From contig CASFKY010000043.1 in NCBI GenBank assembly GCA_949295465.1, positions 80-64,079 on the forward strand: a stretch of DNA of 64,000 nt, written 5' to 3'. Source of the DNA: an uncultured Oscillospiraceae bacterium (lineage in GTDB: Bacteria; Bacillota; Clostridia; Oscillospirales; Ruminococcaceae). Shown here piece by piece: positions 39,520-48,880 of the stretch. Position numbers and translations under genes: made by a program. Positions within the stretch are counted from its first letter, which is position 1. Every line of letters starts with the position of its first letter. The notes beneath the pieces were generated by a model that was not told the DNA's origin, did no database searches, and was given only the letters and a program-made list of their open reading frames with translations.

Positions 39520-40635
39520 ATGTCGGTGATCGTCACCACCATCGCGTCCATCTTTGTGTTCAGCGTTGTGATCCTCATCCACGAGTTCGGCCATTACTGG
39601 ACGGCCCGCCGCTGCGGCATCCGGGTGAACGAGTTCTCCATCGGGATGGGGCCGGCCCTGTTCTGCTGGGTGAAAAACGGCATCCAGTACAGCCTGCGGG
39701 CGCTGCCCATCGGGGGCTATGTGAGCATGGAAGGGGAGAACGGGGAAGAAGAGGAGGAAGAAGAGCTCTCCTCGCCCCCCAAGGGTCTGTTCCGGCTGCC
39801 GGGCCAGACCCCGGCCGACGCTCTTGCCCGCCAGACGGCCCCCGGCCGCCCCTTTGGGGAGGTGTCGGTGCCCCGGCGGATGATCGTGGTGGCGGCGGGC
39901 GCGGTGATGAACTTTGTGCTGGGCTTTCTCATCCTGCTCATTCTGGTGAGCAGCCAGCCCTACATCACCAGCCGGCAGATCCACGACTTCACCGAGGGGG
40001 CCTCCAGCCAGGCCAGCGGCCTTCAGGTGGACGATGTGATCCTCTCGGTGAACGGCCACCGCTGCTATGTGGCGGGGGATATTCTGTATGAGCTCTCCCG
40101 CACCCAGAACTATACCGCCGATTTTGTGGTGAAGCGGGACGGCCAGAAGGTCTCGGTGCCCGGCGTCACCTTTGATACCCAGACCCGGGAGGACGGCACG
40201 GTGAGCATGGTGCTGGGCTTTCGGGTCTATGCCATCGAAAAAACGCCGGTGACGGTGATAAAGGAGGCTTTCAGCCAGACCCTCTACTACGGGCATCTGG
40301 TGGCCTCCTCCCTGGTGGACCTGGCCCGGGGCCGGGTGAGCGTCAACGATCTCTCCGGCCCGGTGGGCATCGTCAGCGCCATCAACACCGCGGTGAGCTA
40401 CGGCTGGCAGGACCTGTTCAGCCTGATGGCTCTCATCACCGTGAACCTGGGCATCCTCAACCTGCTGCCCTTCCCGGCCCTGGACGGGGGCCGGCTGGTG
40501 CTGCTGGCGGCGGAGGGGATCCTGCGCCGGCCGGTTCCGCCCCGGGCGGAGAATCTGATCAACATGACGGGCATGGCCCTGCTCATGGCGCTGATGGTGT
40601 TCGTCACCTTCCAGGACGTTTTGCGGCTTACCTGA
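39520..40635 (+). CDS. rseP: RIP metalloprotease RseP (M50, PDZ)
   Basis: HEFGH, PIGGYV, GPVGI and NLLPFPALDGG motifs. Confidence 0.93.
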   Translation: MSVIVTTIASIFVFSVVILIHEFGHYWTARRCGIRVNEFSIGMGPALFCWVKNGIQYSLRALPIGGYVSMEGENGEEEEEEELSSPPKGLFRLPGQTPADALARQTAPGRPFGEVSVPRRMIVVAAGAVMNFVLGFLILLILVSSQPYITSRQIHDFTEGASSQASGLQVDDVILSVNGHRCYVAGDILYELSRTQNYTADFVVKRDGQKVSVPGVTFDTQTREDGTVSMVLGFRVYAIEKTPVTVIKEAFSQTLYYGHLVASSLVDLARGRVSVNDLSGPVGIVSAINTAVSYGWQDLFSLMALITVNLGILNLLPFPALDGGRLVLLAAEGILRRPVPPRAENLINMTGMALLMALMVFVTFQDVLRLT

Positions 40636-40652
40636 GAGAAAAGGACGGAATT

Positions 40653-41696
40653 ATGAGAAAGATCAAGCGGGAAGTAAAGATCGGCAACCTCACCATCGGG
40701 GGCAACAACCCGGTGGCGGTGCAGACCATGCTCTGCGTGCCCATCAAGGACATTGAGGGCAACGTGGCCCAGGCCAGGCGGGTGGCCGAGGCGGGCTGCC
40801 AGATCCTGCGGGCCAGCGTGCCCACCCTGGAGGATGTGCGGATCGTGGACGCGGTGAAGTCGGCGGTGGATATCCCCTTTGTGGCAGACATCCACTTTGA
40901 CTACCGCATCGCCCTGGCCTGCGTGGACGCCGGGGCCGACAAGATCCGCATCAACCCGGGCAACATCGGCGCGGACGAGAATGTGCGGGCGGTGGCCCGG
41001 GCCTGCAACGCCAAGAACATCCCCATCCGCATCGGGGTCAACGCGGGCAGCCTGGAAAAGAACATCCTGGCCAAGTACGGCGCCCCGGTGCCCGAGGCCC
41101 TGGTGGAGAGCGCCCTCTACCATGTGCGCCTTTTGGAAAAGCACGATTTCAACAACATTGTCATCTCCATCAAGTCCAGCAATGTGCCCACCATGATGCA
41201 GGCCTATCGGATGCTCAGCGAGCGGTGCGACTACCCCCTCCACCTGGGGGTCACCGAGGCGGGCACCTATCGGATGGGGCTCATCAAGTCGGGCATGGGC
41301 ATAGGGGGCCTTTTGCTGGAGGGCATCGGCGACACCCTGCGGGTCTCCCTCACCGACGAGCCGGAAAAGGAAGTGCAGGCCGGCTTTGACATCCTGCGGG
41401 CGGCGGGCCATGCGGTGGGCGGCCCCGAGATCATCAGCTGCCCCACCTGCGGGCGCACCAACATCCAGGTGGCCGCCATCGCCGACGAGGTAGAAAAGCG
41501 GCTGAAAGGCTACAAAAAGCCGGTCAAGGTGGCCGTGATGGGCTGCGTGGTGAACGGCCCCGGGGAGGCCCGGGAGGCGGACATCGGCATCGCCGGCGGC
41601 AAGGACGAGGCCCTGCTCTTCATCCGGGGCGAAAAGGTTCGGATGCTGCGGGGAGACATCGTGGGCCAATTGGTGGAAGAGATCTACAAACTGTAA
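40653..41696 (+). CDS. ispG: 4-hydroxy-3-methylbut-2-enyl diphosphate synthase
   Basis: ADIHF, RINPGN, HLGVTEAG, SCPTCGR and MGCVVNGPGE motifs. Confidence 0.97.
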   Translation: MRKIKREVKIGNLTIGGNNPVAVQTMLCVPIKDIEGNVAQARRVAEAGCQILRASVPTLEDVRIVDAVKSAVDIPFVADIHFDYRIALACVDAGADKIRINPGNIGADENVRAVARACNAKNIPIRIGVNAGSLEKNILAKYGAPVPEALVESALYHVRLLEKHDFNNIVISIKSSNVPTMMQAYRMLSERCDYPLHLGVTEAGTYRMGLIKSGMGIGGLLLEGIGDTLRVSLTDEPEKEVQAGFDILRAAGHAVGGPEIISCPTCGRTNIQVAAIADEVEKRLKGYKKPVKVAVMGCVVNGPGEAREADIGIAGGKDEALLFIRGEKVRMLRGDIVGQLVEEIYKL

Positions 41697-41741
41697 GGGC
41701 GGCCTCCGGGGCCTGCCCGCAAAGGAAAGGAAGGCTTTGGG

Positions 41742-44700
41742 GTGAAACCGCTTGTGACCCAGCTCTGGCCCCAGTTCGGGGCGGACGAGGATTTCTGCCG
41801 CAGCTTCGGCCAGGTGCTGGTGGAAAAAGTAGAACTGAAACGGGGCAGCCGGCTGGCAGTGATCGACCTGCGCAGCGCGGCCCCTCTGGGCCGGGCGCAG
41901 TGTCAGCGCCTGGCCCTCTCTTTGCGGGAGGAATTTGCCGGCTTTGATCTGCGGGTGCACAACTATTTTGCCTACCCCCAGATCACCCGGGACTCGGTGT
42001 TTGAGCTCATCGACGAGATGAAGGAGGAGGGGCTGCCGGTCAACGGATTTCTGGACCACGCCAAACTGGAACTGGAAAACACCGCCCTGACCCTCACTAT
42101 CCCCACCGGCAAGGGCATCCTGGACAGCATCGATTTCCCCGCCAAGCTGGAGGAAAAGCTGGCCGAGCGCACCGGCGTGCGGCCCACCGTCAGCCTGCGG
42201 CTGGACGAGAAGATCAAGCCCGAAGACTGGGAAAAGCGGATGCAGGAGAAGATTCCCGCCGTCCAGTTCAAGGCCTCGGCCCCTTCGGGGCCCACCGTCA
42301 CCCTGCCCGGAGTGGCCCTGGCGGACAAGCCCGCCACCGTCTTCTGGGGCAAGGCCTTCAAGCCCGCCGGCCTCACCCCCCTGAAAGAGCTGGGGGGCGA
42401 GGGCGGCAAGGTGGTGCTCTGGGGAGACGTGTTCGCCACCGAGGTAAAGGGCAATTACAAAAAGATCTATTCGGTCTCGGTCACCGACTACACCGGCTCC
42501 ATCAACCTGAAGGTGCGGGCCCAGACCGAGAACGACGAGCACGCCGCCAAGTGGGAGGGGCTGAAAAACGGCACCACCCTGGTGGTGCGGGGGGACTGCG
42601 CCTACGACAAGTACGAGCACGACTATGTGGTCTATCCCTACGACGTGCTGATCGTGGAGCGCAAGCCCCGCCAGGATACCGCCGAGAAAAAGCGGGTGGA
42701 GCTGCACCTGCACACCAAGCTCAGCAGTATGGACGGCTTCTGTGACCCGGGGGAGATCGTGCGGCTGGCCCATCGGATGGGCCACAAGGCCCTGGCCATC
42801 ACCGACCACGGGGTGGTGCAGGGCTACCCGGAGGCCACCCTGGCCGCCGACGCCATCAAGAAGAGCGACCCGGATTTCAAGCTCCTCTACGGCTGCGAGG
42901 CCTATTTTGTGGACGACCTGGTGCCGGTGCTCTACGGCCGGGCCACCGGCAGGCTGAGCCGCCGGTTTGTGGTGTTCGACACCGAGACCACCGGCCTCAA
43001 CCCCCTCACCGACCCCCTCACCCAGATCAGTGCGGTGTCGGTGGAAAACGGGCAGATCACCGACAGTTTTGCCACCTTTGTCAACCCGGGCCGGCCCATC
43101 CCCGCCAAGGTGGTGGAGCTCACCGGTATCACCGACGAGATGGTGCGGGACGCCCCCGGCCCCGGCCAGGCCCTGCGGGCTTTTATGGAGTTTGCCGGCC
43201 AGGACGTGCTGGTGGCCCACAACGCCCACGGCTTTGATATGCGGGTGCTGGCCCAGGCGGCGGCCGGGGAGGGGCTGGAGTACGACCCGCCCTACATCGA
43301 CTCCCTCACCATGGCCCAGGCCCTCTATCCGGGGCTCCACAGCTACCGGCTGGACGCCCTCAACAAGCACCTGGAGCTGGAGGAGTTCCGCCACCACCGG
43401 GCCGACGAGGACGCGGCGGCCCTGGCCCGGGTCTTCTGCAAGATGCTGGAGGATTTGAACCTGAAGGCCATCACCTCGGTGGAGGACATCAACACCGGCC
43501 TGGGTGGCAACCGGGAGGTGCTGAAAAAGAAGTATCACCACCTGATCATCCTGGTGAAGAACCAGGTGGGGCTCAAAAACCTCTACCGCATCGTCAGCGA
43601 GGCCCACACCAAGTATTTCTTCAAGCGGCCCCGGGTGCCCCGCAGCCTGCTGAACCAGTACCGGGAGGGGCTGCTCATCGGCTCGGCCTGCGAGGCGGGC
43701 GAATTGTACCGGGCCATCGTGGAGGGGCGCAGCTTCGAGCAGCTCAAGCAGATCGCCTCCTACTACGATTTTCTTGAGATCCAGCCGGTGGGCAACAACA
43801 TGTACATGGTGCGGGAGAAACGGGTGGATTCCCCCGAACAGATCCGAGAGTTCAACCGCACGGTGGTGCGGCTGGGCGAAGAGCTGAACAAGCCGGTGGT
43901 GGCCACCGGCGACGTGCACTTCCAGGAGCCGGAGGACGCCATCTACCGCTCCATCCTCCAGGCGGGCAGCGGCTTCAAGGACGCGGACAACCAGCCGCCC
44001 CTCTATTTCCGCACCACCCAGGACATGCTCAAGGAGTTCGAGTACCTGGGCAAGGAGAAGGCCCTGGAGGTGGTGGTCACCAACCCCAACCTGCTGGCCG
44101 ATCGGATCGACGGCTCCTTCCGGGCCATCCCCTGGGGCACCTATCCGCCCTCCATCGAGGGAGCCGAGGAGCAGCTGCGCACCGCCACCTGGGAGCATGC
44201 CAAGGCCGCCTACGGCGACCCGCTGCCCAAACTGGTGGAGGAGCGGCTCCAGAAAGAGCTGGACTCCATCTGCGGCCACGGCTACGCGGTGCTGTATGTG
44301 ATCGCGGTGAAACTGGTGGCCTTCTCCAACGCGGGGGGCTACCAGGTGGGCAGCCGTGGTTCGGTGGGCTCCTCGGCGGTGGCCCACTTCTCCGGCATCT
44401 CGGAGGTGAACAGCCTGCCGCCCCATTACCTCTGCCCCAAGTGCAAGCACAGCGAGTTCATCACCGACGGCAGCGTGGGGGATGGCTTTGACCTGCCCGA
44501 CAAGAACTGCCCCGAGTGCGGCGCCCGGATGCTGGTGGACGGCCACGACATCCCCTTCGAGACCTTCCTGGGCTTTTACGGGGACAAGGAGCCGGATATC
44601 GACCTGAACTTCTCGGGCGAGTACCAGAGCACGGTGCACCGCTATACCGAGGAGCTGTTCGGCAAGGAGTTCGTGTTCAAGGCGGGCACCGTGTCGGGCC

Positions 44701-46031
44701 TGCAGGACAAGACCGCCTACGGCTATGTGAAGAAATACCTGGAGGAGCGGGGCCGCACCGTCAACCACGCCGAGGAAAACCGCCTCACCCTGGGCTGCAC
44801 CGGAGTCAAGCGCACCACCGGCCAGCACCCGGGGGGCATGGTGGTGGTGCCCTCCACCAACGAGATCTACGATTTCTGCCCCATCCAGCACCCGGCCGAT
44901 GACCGGGAAAAAGGGGTGCTCACCACCCACTTCGAGTTCAAATACCTCCACGACACCCTCCTCAAACTGGACGAGCTGGGCCACGATGTGCCCACCATGT
45001 ACAAGTACTTTGAGGAGCTCACCGGCATCACCATGGACCAGGTGCCCATGAACGACCCGGACGTGATCAGCCTGCTCACCTCCCCGGCGGCCCTGGGAGT
45101 CACCGAGGAGCAGATCGGCAGCAAGACCGGCACCTTCGGCATCCCCGAACTGGGCACCCCCTTTGTGCGCCAGATGCTGCTGGAGGCCCAGCCCAAGAGC
45201 TTCAGCGACCTGATCCAGATCTCGGGCCTCTCCCACGGCACCGACGTGTGGAACGGCAACGCCCAGGACCTGATCAAGAGCGGCACCTGCACCATTTCGG
45301 AGGTGATCGGCTGCCGGGACAGCATCATGACCTACCTGCTCCACAAGGGGCTGGAGCCCAAGCTGGCCTTCAACATCATGGAGCTGACCCGAAAAGGCAA
45401 GGTGGCCAAGAACGGCTTCCCCGAGGGGGCCGAGGAGGCCATGCGGGAGCACGGCGTGCCGGAATGGTATATGGATTCCTGCCGCAAGATCAAGTATATG
45501 TTCCCCAAGGCCCACGCGGTGGCCTACCTGATCGCCGCCATTCGGATGATGTGGTTCAAGGTCTACCATCCCCAGGCCTTCTACGCGGTCTATTTCACCG
45601 TGCGGGGGGACGACATCGACTACGAGGCCGCGGTGGGCGGCAAGAGCGTGGCCTGGCAGCACCTCAAGGAGATCGATGTCCGCCTCAAGGAGGAAAAGAC
45701 CGCCAAGAACGAGGACATCCAGGTCTCCCTCCAGCTGGTGAACGAGATGCTCCAGCGGGGCTACAGCTTTTTGCCCATCCAGCTGGGCAAGAGCCGGGCA
45801 ACCCGCTATATGGTGGAGGACGGCAAGGTGCGCCTGCCCTTCACCGCCCTGAAAGGGGTGGGCGAGTCGGCCGCCATCGCCCTGGAAAAGGCCGCTGCCT
45901 CCGGCGAGTACCTCTCCATCGAGGAACTCCAGCTGGCCAGCGGAGTTTCCAGCTCGGTGATGGAGACCCTGCGCTCGGTGGGGGCGCTGGGAGATCTGCC
46001 CGAGAGCAACCAGGTGAGCTTTTTCGGCTGA
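41742..46031 (+). CDS. polC: DNA polymerase III PolC-type
   Basis: PHP (ELHLHT), inserted exonuclease (FDTETTG), GSRGSVGSS, PDIDLNF and YMFPKAHA motifs; 1429 aa. Confidence 0.97.
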   Translation: MKPLVTQLWPQFGADEDFCRSFGQVLVEKVELKRGSRLAVIDLRSAAPLGRAQCQRLALSLREEFAGFDLRVHNYFAYPQITRDSVFELIDEMKEEGLPVNGFLDHAKLELENTALTLTIPTGKGILDSIDFPAKLEEKLAERTGVRPTVSLRLDEKIKPEDWEKRMQEKIPAVQFKASAPSGPTVTLPGVALADKPATVFWGKAFKPAGLTPLKELGGEGGKVVLWGDVFATEVKGNYKKIYSVSVTDYTGSINLKVRAQTENDEHAAKWEGLKNGTTLVVRGDCAYDKYEHDYVVYPYDVLIVERKPRQDTAEKKRVELHLHTKLSSMDGFCDPGEIVRLAHRMGHKALAITDHGVVQGYPEATLAADAIKKSDPDFKLLYGCEAYFVDDLVPVLYGRATGRLSRRFVVFDTETTGLNPLTDPLTQISAVSVENGQITDSFATFVNPGRPIPAKVVELTGITDEMVRDAPGPGQALRAFMEFAGQDVLVAHNAHGFDMRVLAQAAAGEGLEYDPPYIDSLTMAQALYPGLHSYRLDALNKHLELEEFRHHRADEDAAALARVFCKMLEDLNLKAITSVEDINTGLGGNREVLKKKYHHLIILVKNQVGLKNLYRIVSEAHTKYFFKRPRVPRSLLNQYREGLLIGSACEAGELYRAIVEGRSFEQLKQIASYYDFLEIQPVGNNMYMVREKRVDSPEQIREFNRTVVRLGEELNKPVVATGDVHFQEPEDAIYRSILQAGSGFKDADNQPPLYFRTTQDMLKEFEYLGKEKALEVVVTNPNLLADRIDGSFRAIPWGTYPPSIEGAEEQLRTATWEHAKAAYGDPLPKLVEERLQKELDSICGHGYAVLYVIAVKLVAFSNAGGYQVGSRGSVGSSAVAHFSGISEVNSLPPHYLCPKCKHSEFITDGSVGDGFDLPDKNCPECGARMLVDGHDIPFETFLGFYGDKEPDIDLNFSGEYQSTVHRYTEELFGKEFVFKAGTVSGLQDKTAYGYVKKYLEERGRTVNHAEENRLTLGCTGVKRTTGQHPGGMVVVPSTNEIYDFCPIQHPADDREKGVLTTHFEFKYLHDTLLKLDELGHDVPTMYKYFEELTGITMDQVPMNDPDVISLLTSPAALGVTEEQIGSKTGTFGIPELGTPFVRQMLLEAQPKSFSDLIQISGLSHGTDVWNGNAQDLIKSGTCTISEVIGCRDSIMTYLLHKGLEPKLAFNIMELTRKGKVAKNGFPEGAEEAMREHGVPEWYMDSCRKIKYMFPKAHAVAYLIAAIRMMWFKVYHPQAFYAVYFTVRGDDIDYEAAVGGKSVAWQHLKEIDVRLKEEKTAKNEDIQVSLQLVNEMLQRGYSFLPIQLGKSRATRYMVEDGKVRLPFTALKGVGESAAIALEKAAASGEYLSIEELQLASGVSSSVMETLRSVGALGDLPESNQVSFFG

Positions 46032-46052
46032 GCCGCTTACCGCCATCCACAG

Positions 46053-46106
46053 AAAACACAAAAACGGGACGCAGTTTGTCGCTGCGTCCCGTTTTTATGT
46101 TTTTTT
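46053..46106 (+). terminator. Terminator after polC
   Basis: AAAAACGGGACGCAG...CTGCGTCCCGTTTTT. Confidence 0.85.
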
Positions 46107-46173
46107 GGCCTGCCCGTGTCAAAAAATGGAAAACGAAAGTGCCAAAAAAATGGAAAAAACCGGGCTGATCGGC

Positions 46174-46202
46174 TTGCATTGGATGGTAAAATATGGTAAT
46201 AT
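46174..46202 (+). promoter_or_regulatory. SigA promoter of spo0A
   Basis: TTGCAT-17-TAATAT with TG extension; AAAAAATGGAAAA direct repeat at 46121 and 46145. Confidence 0.6.
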
Positions 46203-46244
46203 TACCAACGTTGAGGGAAATACAAACATTGGAGGATATTTGCA

Positions 46245-46997
46245 ATGGAAAAAATCAAAATTGTCATGAACGAGACTGGCGAACCCTTCACAACTCTGTG
46301 CCGTCAGGCACTGGAGCAGAAAGGGGCCGAGGTGACCCTGTGTGAGAGCGACGGGCCGGCGACCCTCAAGGCGCTGCTGCAAGCCCGGCCCCAGGTGGCG
46401 CTGTTGGAGGCCCTGATGACCGGGATGGACGCCATCGCCGTCAAGCAGAAATACGAGGAGAGTGCCGGCAAGGGCACGGTGTTTCTGGTGATGGGCAGTT
46501 TCCTGAGCGAGCCGTTGGAAAAGATGATGATGGACAGCGGTTTTTCCTTCTGTTTTGTCAAGCCCTTCGACCCGCAGGTCATGGCGGGCCGGGTGATGCA
46601 GATCGCCGCCCAGGGCCCCGAGCCGGAGCTGGCCGACGGGCGGGACGAGCTCACCGTCACCGAGATATTGCATCAGATCGGCGTGCCGGCCCACATTAAG
46701 GGCTATCAGTTCCTGCGCAATGCCATCCTCCTGACCATGGAAGACCCCGAATACATCAACGCGGTGACCAAGCGCCTTTACCCGGAGATCGCCAAGCAGA
46801 ACGGCACCACCCCCTCCCGGGTAGAGCGGGCCATCCGCCACGCCATCGAGGTGGCCTGGGACCGGGGCGATGTGGACACCCTCAACAGCTATTTCGGTTA
46901 CACCATCCACAACCTGCGGGGCAAGCCCACCAACTCCGAGTTCATTGCCATGATCGCCGACAAGATGCGGCTGGACAAAAAGCAGAAGCGGGCCTGA
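46245..46997 (+). CDS. spo0A: Sporulation master regulator Spo0A, with Glu at the phospho-acceptor position
   Basis: IGVPAHIKGYQFLR, TKRLYP, SRVERAIRHAIEVAW and KPTNSEFIA motifs. Confidence 0.96.
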   Translation: MEKIKIVMNETGEPFTTLCRQALEQKGAEVTLCESDGPATLKALLQARPQVALLEALMTGMDAIAVKQKYEESAGKGTVFLVMGSFLSEPLEKMMMDSGFSFCFVKPFDPQVMAGRVMQIAAQGPEPELADGRDELTVTEILHQIGVPAHIKGYQFLRNAILLTMEDPEYINAVTKRLYPEIAKQNGTTPSRVERAIRHAIEVAWDRGDVDTLNSYFGYTIHNLRGKPTNSEFIAMIADKMRLDKKQKRA

Positions 46998-47027
46998 AAA
47001 AGGCCGTCAAGGGGCGAAAAACGAAAA

Positions 47028-47081
47028 TTCGGCAAAAGCGGGCCGGGCGGAATTGTTATCCGCCCGGCCCTGTGTTATACT
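47028..47081 (+). promoter_or_regulatory. 0A box and SigA-like promoter of cotH-like/ispDF, embedded in a hairpin
   Basis: TTCGGCA (reverse complement TGCCGAA) at 47028-47034; TTGTTA-17-TATACT (47053-47081) overlapping GGGCCGGGCGGA/TCCGCCCGGCCC. Confidence 0.55.
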
Positions 47082-47146
47082 TTAAAAGACGCTTTGAGGG
47101 GAAACAGCCCCACAAAATCAATCCATGCGGCGGAAAGAACAAAACC

Positions 47147-48877
47147 ATGTACAGCAAAAAGCGGACAAAGAAAAAATGGCTTCTCCTGTTCTGTCTGGCG
47201 GCGCTGACAGCCTGCGTGCTGATAGCCATCCGGATGGATCGGGATACCTTCCTGGGGGCCCGGATCCTGGAGGAGGAAGAGGGAGAAAAATATTGGGCCG
47301 AGGCCACAACTCAGGCCTGCCTGCTGACGCTGCAGGACACCATCCTCCCCCGAAACAGCTCCTCCAATGTCACCTTCCTGCCCCAGAGCCTGGAAAATTC
47401 CCAGTGGCAGGGAGGCCTGCGGGCGGGGGAGGGCTGCCGGCTCTACTTCATCCGGGACGAGTGGATGGAGGACAAGGCGGGGGCCATCCAGTCCAACCAT
47501 GCGTTCCGATACCTGGTGCTGGACAGAGAGGGCCAGCTGCTGGACAAGGGCTATCTGGTGGCCACCGGCATGGCCATGATCAGCTGGCATCTGGACTCCC
47601 CCCAGCAGTGGGACAAGATCGACGGCAGCGTGCTGGAGGGAGAATACACCGGCACCATGACGATCTTTGACCCGGGCGATGAGAGCAGCGGCTACCGCGT
47701 CCTCACCAGCCGGATGTACAGCCGTATCCGGGGCAATTCTTCCCGATATGCGGACAAGAAGTCCTTCCAGATGGATCTGCTGGACTCCCAGGGCGGTGAG
47801 CGCAAGGAGAGCCTGTGCGGGCTGCGGAATGACGGCGAGTGGATCCTCAACTCCCTCACCGCCGACAACAGCCGCATCCGGGAAAAAACCGGCCTGGACC
47901 TGTGGAATCGGATCGCCGCCGACAACCCGGCCGACGAGAGGGGCAGCCGGGCCGTCTATGTGGAGCTGGTGGCCGACGAACAGTATCTGGGGATCTATGC
48001 CCTCCAGGAGCCTGTGGACCGCAAGCAGCTGGGCGCCTCTCAGGAGGACATCCTCTACAAATCCGCCGGCCACCGCTGGCCCACCGAGGAGGAGTTTGCC
48101 TACATCTTAGGGCAGAGCTGGCAGGAGGGCGAGTACGAGGTGCTGGTGGAGGAGGACCGCTGGCTCTGGCAGGAGGGGGAGACCGAGTACTCCTGGAACC
48201 CGGTCTATCTCAAGATCAACAAGCACACCGCCAAGCTCCAGATAGATTTCTGGCCGGAGGACGGCCAGGACCCCTGGCAGCCTCTGCGCACCTTCATCAA
48301 CCTGATGCACCAGCCGGACACCGACCTGGACACGGTGGATGCCTGGTGTGACCGCAGCAATCTCATCGACATCTCCCTGTTCCGCCAGGTGATTTTCGGG
48401 TGGGACAACCTCACCAACAACACCTATTATTACGCCCGCAAGACCTCCACCGGCTGGAAGATCACCTATGTGCCCTGGGACCTGGACCAGACCTTCGGCA
48501 ACGGCTGGTGGGCCTGCCACAACGACGGCACCATGAACAGCACCGCCCCCCTGGTGCTGGGGCGGGACGAGGCCTGCGGGGACGGCTACGAGGTGGAGAC
48601 CCAGCTGCCGGCCCTGGCCCAGAGCCAGGCGGGCAACGGGGAGCTGCTGAATCGCTGGTACCAGCTGCGGGAAGGGGTGTTCAGCGACGAGGCCCTGATC
48701 GGCCTTTTGACCGAAAATCAGAGCCGGCTGGAGCAGAGCGGCGCCCTCATCCGGGAGCGGGAGGCCTGGCCCACCTGGGAGGAGGATGTGGATTCCTTCG
48801 AGGCCATCTGCCAGTTTGTCCTGCTGCGGATGTCCTATCTGGACGAATACTTTGACGGACTGGAAAAAGGAGAATGA
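47147..48877 (+). CDS. CotH-family kinase protein, N-terminally anchored
   Basis: RGNSS..KKSF, YLGIYALQE, DNLTNNTYYY and PWDLDQTFG motifs; basic plus hydrophobic N-terminus. Confidence 0.85.
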   Translation: MYSKKRTKKKWLLLFCLAALTACVLIAIRMDRDTFLGARILEEEEGEKYWAEATTQACLLTLQDTILPRNSSSNVTFLPQSLENSQWQGGLRAGEGCRLYFIRDEWMEDKAGAIQSNHAFRYLVLDREGQLLDKGYLVATGMAMISWHLDSPQQWDKIDGSVLEGEYTGTMTIFDPGDESSGYRVLTSRMYSRIRGNSSRYADKKSFQMDLLDSQGGERKESLCGLRNDGEWILNSLTADNSRIREKTGLDLWNRIAADNPADERGSRAVYVELVADEQYLGIYALQEPVDRKQLGASQEDILYKSAGHRWPTEEEFAYILGQSWQEGEYEVLVEEDRWLWQEGETEYSWNPVYLKINKHTAKLQIDFWPEDGQDPWQPLRTFINLMHQPDTDLDTVDAWCDRSNLIDISLFRQVIFGWDNLTNNTYYYARKTSTGWKITYVPWDLDQTFGNGWWACHNDGTMNSTAPLVLGRDEACGDGYEVETQLPALAQSQAGNGELLNRWYQLREGVFSDEALIGLLTENQSRLEQSGALIREREAWPTWEEDVDSFEAICQFVLLRMSYLDEYFDGLEKGE

Positions 48878-48880
48878 GCG

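Noticed and set aside
41742-46031. Intein or intron in polC
   Set aside because: Length and domain order are normal; the internal insertion is the standard 3'-5' exonuclease
40398-46061. 1887-aa minus-strand ORF and other long antisense ORFs (e.g. 29843-32890, 55946-58567, 21814-24270, 18280-20547)
   Set aside because: Shadow frames opposite clear genes, expected from high-GC codon bias; no recognisable motifs
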